In this document: one piece after another, positions 57,909-64,000 of the stretch | Numbering within the stretch: the stretch's first letter is position 1 | Layout: each line of letters begins with the position of its first letter | Assembly: GCA_017456765.1 (NCBI GenBank) | Contig: JAFTIR010000021.1 | Location: 395-64,394, forward strand | Source of the DNA: Clostridia bacterium | GTDB lineage: Bacteria > Bacillota > Clostridia > Oscillospirales > CAG-382 | Reading direction: 5' to 3' | DNA: 64,000 nt | The notes under the pieces: model-generated | Databases searched by the model: none | What the model was told of the DNA's origin: nothing | The model's input: only the letters and a program-made list of their open reading frames with translations | Translations under genes and position numbers: made by a program

Positions 57909-59990
57909 TTGAAGGAACTTAACTATCAGTTCAGACGTGACCTTGCACAGGTACATAAGCCTGACAGACGGGATATGGAAAAAAAGGTAAAATCAGGGCA
58001 GGTTGAGATTGACTCATCCTGGACAATCGCCATTCCACGCGACTGTGATATAGTAATGCAGAACGCGGCACGTGATCTTGAGGATTACTTCTTTACCTCC
58101 ATGAAAGTGTGTGTAAATTTTGCGTATGCAGATGAGGTGAATGACAAGGTAATTGCCTATTCTACCGACGACACGCTTCCAGAGTATTCCTACAGATTTA
58201 CCGTCACTCAAAACAAAATTGAGCTCTGTGGAAAAGACAGCCGTTTTGCTGCTCAGGCAGGCTACTTTGCAGAAGATCTCATGAACCTTGAGGAAGCACC
58301 TTTCCTTGAAATCGGGGAAACAGTCAGAACCTCTTTGTTTAATCCCAGAATGGTACATTCAGGCTACGGTCTTGATATGTATCCCGATGATCATATAAGC
58401 GCCATTGCCCATTCGGGTATCAGCGCACTTCTTGTGTTTGTCAAGGGTGTTGACCTTACTCCCTTTGGTTATCAGGATTTTAACGACTTGATTTACAGAG
58501 CTTCACGTCTTGGAGTCGATGTTTATGCTTACAGCTATATACACAGTGACCTTCATCCAGAAGATGATGGTGCAGAGGAATTCTACGAAAATGCCTACGG
58601 TACACTCTTTGACAGGTGTCCCGGCTTTAAGGGCGTAATTTTTGTCGGTGAGTCCTGTGAGTTCAGAAGCCATGACCCGAGAACGCACGGTGTTCCAAAA
58701 CGCTTCATGATTGGTCCTGACGGCAGAGCACCTGAAACGGATAAACCATATCCCGGATACTTCCCCTGTAATGATTTCCCCCAGTGGCTGAATCTTGTTA
58801 AGGGCGTTATCAGAAAGAGAAAGCCGGATGCGGATATTGTTTTCTGGACATATAACTGGGGTTGGTGTGATGAAAAGGATAGACTTGCACTTATTGACAA
58901 TCTTCCCACAGACATCTCACTTCAGGCAACTTATGAAATGTTCCAGAATGTTGAAAGAGATGGTATTATAAACCGTACAACCGACTATTCTCTCTTCTTT
59001 GAAGGTCCCGGAGACTATTTTAAGAGCGAGGCTAAGAGGGCGGGAGAAAGGGGTATAAAAATGTACTCCATGACAAATACAGGCGGTCTTACCTGGGATG
59101 TCGGTGTAATTCCCTATATTCCTGCACCTTACCAGTGGATGAGACGATATGACGGTATGCTTAAAGCACACTATGAGGACAGCCTTTGCGGTACTATGGA
59201 CAGCCACCATTACGGCTTTTATCCCTCGTTTATTTCCGACCTTGCAAAGTGGGCGTTCCATGCACCTGCCGTTGACCTTGATGAAGTTTTGCATAAGATT
59301 GCCTCGCGTGATTTTGCGCCCGAATACGCAGATGATGTCTGCCGTGCTTATGAGCTTTTCAGTGAGGGTGCAAGACACAATGTTTCAACAAATCCCGACC
59401 AGTACGGCCCCTCCCGTGTCGGTCCGTCTTTTCCGCTTATTCTCTTTGATGATAAGGACTTTGTGTTCAAATCACCTGCCCATGCTCATTTCGGAAGAAA
59501 TACAATTTGCTTTCCCAATTATGATATTTATCCTGCGCTTAACTCAAAGGAAGTATGTGAAAAACTTGAGTTTGAGATACGTACCTATAATGAAACCTCA
59601 AGGTTTTATGACGAGGGCGCAGATATACTTGAAGAAATAATTCCACACATTCCACAAAGAAAACAGAAGAACGCTACAAAGATTATGAATGTTGCAAGAT
59701 TTATCGCAAACACAGCCAAGACCGTTGTTGCGGTAAAGGAATGGATGAAGAGAAAGCGTGTGCTTCTTGATGCTCATGGTGAAGAGAGAAATACACTTGT
59801 CCGTGAAATGATTGAAATTGCACGGGCAGAGGTGCAGAATGCAAAAAACACAATTCCTCTTGTGGAGTTTGACTCTCGCCTCGGTTATGAGCCGAGTATG
59901 GAATACATGTGCGACAGAGAGCATCTTGAAATAAAGATTGCCCAGGTCGAAAATATGCTTGAAAACGAGCTGCCGAAATACTTTGAGTGA
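57909..59990 (+). CDS. Unclassified glycoside hydrolase-like protein, paralog of 54970-57696
   Basis: YSYRFTVTQNKIELCGKDSR N-terminal domain pattern; shared motif blocks (see findings); probable TTG start 8 nt after AAGGAG. Confidence 0.6.
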   Translation: MKELNYQFRRDLAQVHKPDRRDMEKKVKSGQVEIDSSWTIAIPRDCDIVMQNAARDLEDYFFTSMKVCVNFAYADEVNDKVIAYSTDDTLPEYSYRFTVTQNKIELCGKDSRFAAQAGYFAEDLMNLEEAPFLEIGETVRTSLFNPRMVHSGYGLDMYPDDHISAIAHSGISALLVFVKGVDLTPFGYQDFNDLIYRASRLGVDVYAYSYIHSDLHPEDDGAEEFYENAYGTLFDRCPGFKGVIFVGESCEFRSHDPRTHGVPKRFMIGPDGRAPETDKPYPGYFPCNDFPQWLNLVKGVIRKRKPDADIVFWTYNWGWCDEKDRLALIDNLPTDISLQATYEMFQNVERDGIINRTTDYSLFFEGPGDYFKSEAKRAGERGIKMYSMTNTGGLTWDVGVIPYIPAPYQWMRRYDGMLKAHYEDSLCGTMDSHHYGFYPSFISDLAKWAFHAPAVDLDEVLHKIASRDFAPEYADDVCRAYELFSEGARHNVSTNPDQYGPSRVGPSFPLILFDDKDFVFKSPAHAHFGRNTICFPNYDIYPALNSKEVCEKLEFEIRTYNETSRFYDEGADILEEIIPHIPQRKQKNATKIMNVARFIANTAKTVVAVKEWMKRKRVLLDAHGEERNTLVREMIEIARAEVQNAKNTIPLVEFDSRLGYEPSMEYMCDREHLEIKIAQVENMLENELPKYFE

Positions 59991-59992
59991 CT

Positions 59993-60020
59993 AAAAAACA
60001 GCCTTTACAGGCTGTTTTTT
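59993..60020. terminator. Bidirectional terminator
   Basis: AAAAAACAGCCT-TTAC-AGGCTGTTTTTT. Confidence 0.8.
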
Positions 60021-60911
60021 CTATTCTTCATCGGGATGATTTATTTTTCTTCTGTATACGGCAGGGGAGAAGCCGACAGCCTTTTTGAAGGCTCTTGAAA
60101 AATTATGTACCGAGGAATAGCCGAGCATATCCGAAATTGTACTGATTGACAGCTCCTCCTTTATAAGCAGCTTCTTTGCTTCAGCCGTTTTGAGCTTCGC
60201 ATAATATTCGATAGGACTTTCGCCTACGTATTCACCAAACAGCTTGCATAACTGACTTTTGCCCATAAAGAATTTTTTGCATATGTCTGAAAGAGTAACA
60301 CCTTCGTACAGGCTTTCCTTGAGATATGTGATAATAAGCTCTGTGAGTGAGCTCTGGGCAAGCTCCTTTGCATCATTACTTCGGATTACCTTTGTGCCTG
60401 TATCATCATTTCTTCTGCTGAGAATGAGCAAAAACTCTGTAAGATAACACTCAAGTAGCTGTAAAGAACCAAAGGGAGCAGAGGAAAAGTCGAGGGGGTT
60501 TTTGTTGTCATATTCTCCGGAAATTTCGCCGAGGGCATTTTTCGCTTCGTTTATAAAGAGCGTGAGCAGGGTTTTGCCTGTTTTGTCGAGGGAAAAGATT
60601 TTCTTGTCGAAAAACTCCATTGCCGGACTCTTTGATGTAAAGGACACAACCAGCATATTGTTCGGTACGACCTTGTTTGAGACATGGGCGTGTATTTCCA
60701 TGGGGCGGTGAAAGATTACCTGCCCCTGGCTGAGGGTTCGTCCGAGACCGTCTGTGACGGATATGATTTCTCCTCCGTCAACATAAACCATTTCCCAGAA
60801 ATCGTGCATTTCGGGCGGATGTGAAAAGTCCTTGCCGAACTCAAAATAGTATATGCTGTTGAAGCCGTCGATGGTTATTTCCCGATTTATGGGTCTGATT
60901 TCGAATTCCAT
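60021..60911 (-). CDS. AraC family regulator with cupin sensor domain
   Basis: HDFWEMVYVDGG, FHRPMEIH; C-terminal ISDMLGYSSVHNFSRAFKKAVGFSP; start trimmed to ATG 60911. Confidence 0.92.
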   Translation of the reverse strand: MEFEIRPINREITIDGFNSIYYFEFGKDFSHPPEMHDFWEMVYVDGGEIISVTDGLGRTLSQGQVIFHRPMEIHAHVSNKVVPNNMLVVSFTSKSPAMEFFDKKIFSLDKTGKTLLTLFINEAKNALGEISGEYDNKNPLDFSSAPFGSLQLLECYLTEFLLILSRRNDDTGTKVIRSNDAKELAQSSLTELIITYLKESLYEGVTLSDICKKFFMGKSQLCKLFGEYVGESPIEYYAKLKTAEAKKLLIKEELSISTISDMLGYSSVHNFSRAFKKAVGFSPAVYRRKINHPDEE

Positions 60912-61036
60912 GCTTGCTACCTTCCTTGACTGCGGAATAAATGATAAATAATGTGCAATGAATGATAAATACAAATTTGCAAAAATATTGTATCATATAT
61001 ATGTATAAAAGTCAATGATACAAGGAGGAAAATTAT

Positions 61037-61741
61037 ATGAATGTACTTGCAATCGGTTGTCATCCCGATGACATCGAAATCAATTGTGCCGGAACATTGG
61101 CAAAATGCGTAAAGCGTGGTGACAATGTAACTGTGTGCCATGTATGTAACGGCGACATGGGACATGTAGTTATTATGCCCCCCGAACTTCGCAAAATCCG
61201 TATTGAAGAAGCGAGAAAGGCAGGTTCTCTTGCCGGAATCAAGGTTGTTACTGCCGACATAGGCGACCTTGTTGTTTATCACCAGAACAGAGAACACAGA
61301 GATAAGATTGTTGATATTATCCGTGAGGCGAATCCCGATTTTATCATCACTCACGCCCCCAACGACTATATGCCCGACCACGTGGCTGTCAGCAACCTTG
61401 TTTTTGATGCGGCATTTGCGGCAAGCTGTGCTCATTACGAAACAAAAGTTCCCGGTGCTACAAAGGTTACACCAATTTTTTATATGGACAACCTCGGAGG
61501 AAATGAATTCCTTCCCACTGAGTATGTAGATGTAACAGACGAAATCGAGCTTAAACTTCAGATGCTTGAATGTCATGAAAGCCAGCTCAAGTGGATGAGA
61601 GAGCATGATAACATTGACTTTGCCGACATGGTAAAGACAATTTCAAAGTACCGCGGCTATCAGTGCGGCGCACAGTATGCTGAAGCCTTCGCACAGTGCA
61701 TGGTTTATCCCAAGCCTACAACACGGAGGTTGTTGCCGTGA
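61037..61741 (+). CDS. PIG-L/LmbE family N-acetyl-sugar deacetylase
   Basis: AIGCHPDDIE, ITHAPNDYMPDH, HESQ, YAEAF. Confidence 0.9.
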   Translation: MNVLAIGCHPDDIEINCAGTLAKCVKRGDNVTVCHVCNGDMGHVVIMPPELRKIRIEEARKAGSLAGIKVVTADIGDLVVYHQNREHRDKIVDIIREANPDFIITHAPNDYMPDHVAVSNLVFDAAFAASCAHYETKVPGATKVTPIFYMDNLGGNEFLPTEYVDVTDEIELKLQMLECHESQLKWMREHDNIDFADMVKTISKYRGYQCGAQYAEAFAQCMVYPKPTTRRLLP

Positions 61742-62688
61742 TGAAGAAGGTTGCTTGTGTCGGAATTCTTGTTGCCGATGTAATGGCAAGTCCCGTTGAT
61801 GCCGTTCCCGAAAGAGGAATGCTGTCTCAGGTAAATTCCATTACGGTACATAACGGTGGCAACGCGATGACAGCATCAATCAATCTTACAAAAATGGGTG
61901 TTGATGCAAAGATTGTCGGCAAGGTTGGCGCTGATATGTTCGGTACATATCTCAGAAGCTGTCTTGATAAGGCGGGTGTTGATACAAGAGCACTTAAGGA
62001 AGACGATAAGGTTCAGACCTCTGCATCGGTTGTTCTTTCCGAAAGCTCCGGTGAGAGATCTTTCCTTCACTGTGTGGGAACAAATGCGGTTTTCTCGATT
62101 GACGACATTGACTATGATGTTGTAGGTGAGTGTGACCTCGTGTTCGTTACAGGCTCGTTCCTTATGAACACCTTTGACGGAGAGCAGACAGCGGATTTCT
62201 TAAAGAAGTGTCAGGAAAAGGGTAAGACCACATTTCTTGATGTATGCTGGGATGCAAAAGGCAACTGGGGCAAGGTGCTTGACGTATGTATGCCTTATCT
62301 TGATTTCTTTATGCCAAGTATTGATGAGGCTGTTGAAATTGCAGGCGGTGAGACAGACCCCGACAAAATCGCCGACGTATTTATGAAGAAGGGCGTTAAG
62401 AATGTCATCATAAAGCTCGGCAAGAAGGGCAGCTACTTAAGACTTGCAGGTCAGGAAAAGGGTAAGGTATTCCCGATTGTCGGACGCCATAAGCCTGTTG
62501 ATACAACGGGTGCGGGCGACAGCTTCTGCTCGGGCTTCCTTGCAGCATATGCAAGAGACGAGGAAATAGAAAAGTGCATGATGGTAGCAAGTGCCACAGG
62601 CGGTCTTTGCACAATGGCAAAGGGTGCTACGGCAGGAACAAAATCATATGAAGAAACATTAAAATTCCTGGAGGAAGAAACATGTTAG
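61741..62688 (+). CDS. PfkB family carbohydrate kinase
   Basis: GGNAMT, GKVGADMFG, GERSF, KLGKKGS, VDTTGAGDSF; TGATG coupling with the deacetylase. Confidence 0.93.
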   Translation: MKKVACVGILVADVMASPVDAVPERGMLSQVNSITVHNGGNAMTASINLTKMGVDAKIVGKVGADMFGTYLRSCLDKAGVDTRALKEDDKVQTSASVVLSESSGERSFLHCVGTNAVFSIDDIDYDVVGECDLVFVTGSFLMNTFDGEQTADFLKKCQEKGKTTFLDVCWDAKGNWGKVLDVCMPYLDFFMPSIDEAVEIAGGETDPDKIADVFMKKGVKNVIIKLGKKGSYLRLAGQEKGKVFPIVGRHKPVDTTGAGDSFCSGFLAAYARDEEIEKCMMVASATGGLCTMAKGATAGTKSYEETLKFLEEETC

Positions 62689-63521
62689 TTACATTAGAAG
62701 AAATTTTAAAGGATGCCGAAGAAAAAAAGTACGGCGTAGGACTTTTCAATATGCTTAATCTTGAAATGGCAAGAGGTATTATTGATGCGGCTGAGCAGGA
62801 AAAATCACCTGTAATTTTAGGTGTTGCTGAAGTACATCTTCCTTTTGTTCCCTTCGATTATGCAGAAATTATCATGAACAAGATTGCAAAGGATGCAAAG
62901 GTTCCCGTGTGTCTCCACTTTGACCACGGTACAGACTACAAGAAGATTCTCGGTGCTATCAAGGCAGGCTTTACATCCGTTATGTACGACGGTTCTGCAC
63001 TTCCTTACGAAGAAAACATTGCTAACACAAGAGAAATCTCAAAGGTTGCTCATGCAATGGGATGCTCTGTTGAAGCAGAACTCGGTCATGTCGGCGGTGC
63101 TGAAGGCGGCGGAGATGACGGACACGAAGCTATGTACACAAATGTTGACCAGGTTAACGACTTTATAAGAAGAGCTGACATTGATGCTCTTGCGGTTGCT
63201 ATCGGTACTGCTCACGGTAAGTACGCAAAGAAGCCCAAGCTCGACATTCAGAGACTTGCTGACATTTACAAGATTGCTGAAAAGCCCCTCGTTCTTCACG
63301 GTGGTAGCGGTCTTTCGGACGACGACTTTAAGAATACAATCAAAAATGGTATCAGAAAGGTTAACATCTGTACCGAAATGTGTATTGCAGGTCTTAAGGC
63401 ATTCAATGCGGCATTTGAAAGAGACACAGGCTTTGAGCTTGCTACAATGGTTGCAAAGGCAACTGTTCAGGAAGTCGTTAAGGGCAAGATGAGACTCTTT
63501 GGTTCTTCCGGCAAAGCTTAG
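62682..63521 (+). CDS. Class II fructose/tagatose-bisphosphate aldolase
   Basis: LHFDHG, FTSVMYDGS, VEAELGHVG, AIGTAHG, PLVLHGGSG, KVNICT. Confidence 0.93.
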   Translation: MLVTLEEILKDAEEKKYGVGLFNMLNLEMARGIIDAAEQEKSPVILGVAEVHLPFVPFDYAEIIMNKIAKDAKVPVCLHFDHGTDYKKILGAIKAGFTSVMYDGSALPYEENIANTREISKVAHAMGCSVEAELGHVGGAEGGGDDGHEAMYTNVDQVNDFIRRADIDALAVAIGTAHGKYAKKPKLDIQRLADIYKIAEKPLVLHGGSGLSDDDFKNTIKNGIRKVNICTEMCIAGLKAFNAAFERDTGFELATMVAKATVQEVVKGKMRLFGSSGKA

Positions 63522-63900
63522 TCGGGAAAGCCCGACAGCAAATTTCGCGGGAAGTATTTGACGAAATTTAGTTGTTCGGTGTCGCGTAATAAACCTCGTT
63601 TGACCGCCATAAATCAAAGCGGTCAAACTCTGCTGAAAACACGCACTATAAAAATGTGAGTGGTAAGCCACCGCGGCGAAGGAGAGAAGTCAGCGGAGGT
63701 TTGAGAGTAGTACATAAAAGTTAGAAACACATGCAAATTTTGACCACAGTTGTGTGGCAGTTTGTAAAGTTTGTGCGTGTCAAAATTTGACAAGTACTGA
63801 AAAGTAGCCTTCAAACCGAGCCATCTCTCCTGTTGAGCGGAGAATTTTTGGTACTTTTGTTTCGGGACAAAAGTACAGGGGCGGGAAAGCTCTGAGATTC
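63521..63900 (-). repeat. Structured repeat copy 5 (expanded) in a highly structured intergenic region
   Basis: Minus strand GTACTTTTGT..ACAAAAGTAC-CAAAAA-TTCT-CCGC-TC, then an about 150-nt interrupted stem (63681-63830), GCC-GCGGT-GGC, then three further hairpins. Confidence 0.7.
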
Positions 63901-63961
63901 AATCCATATATCTCAAAGAAACTAATAATTAAAAATACTAAATCGAAAAGGAGAATTTACC

Positions 63962-64000
63962 ATGGATTTTTTATCAACAGTAAAAGGCAGCCTTCTTGAA
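63962..64000 (+). CDS. Start of next operon gene, possibly glucosamine-6-phosphate isomerase/deaminase-like
   Basis: RBS AAGGAG then MDFLSTVKGSLLE; only 13 codons visible, so the product call rests on recalled N-terminal similarity and context. Confidence 0.4.
   Translation, partial: MDFLSTVKGSLLE

Noticed and set aside
57903-57910. T8 tract at the start of the second GH-like paralog as a phase-variation switch
   Set aside because: Short homopolymers are frequent in this window, and with a TTG start at 57909 a length change would only alter RBS spacing.

Overview
Chromosomal window from a spore-forming Firmicute (Clostridia-like, inferred from spmAB, ylmC, the sepF/ylmH cluster and sigA architecture), standard genetic code. 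About 4.5-42.5 kb is mostly housekeeping: spmAB, tRNA-Pro(GGG), a YtrA-type GntR/ABC operon, cca, miaA, yggS-sepF-yggT-ylmH-ileS-lspA-rluD, split transketolase, ackA (in-frame TGA at codon 4), a Na+-translocating decarboxylase cluster, hflX, dGTPase-dnaG-sigA, mtnN, a class B PBP and prmC. The first 2.3 kb and 43-64 kb are carbohydrate-catabolic: several glycoside hydrolase-like proteins (some I cannot classify), two AraC regulators, manA, tRNA-Leu(CAG) and a deacetylase-kinase-aldolase operon. The strongest unexplained signal is non-coding: five copies of a structured repeat in three intergenic regions (39.2-39.6, 42.5-42.9, 63.5-63.9 kb). The copies share a four-hairpin order, compensatory base changes, UNCG tetraloops on one strand and a covarying CCRC/GYGG pseudoknot pairing, consistent with a dispersed structured RNA or non-autonomous mobile element. 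Other notable items are a 15-bp tRNA-Pro 3'-end duplication, an unannotated 48-aa N/K/Q-rich ORF behind a sigmaG-like promoter, and non-canonical IleRS signature motifs. No CRISPR array, integrase or transposase was seen. All family assignments come from motif recognition by eye; no searches were run.
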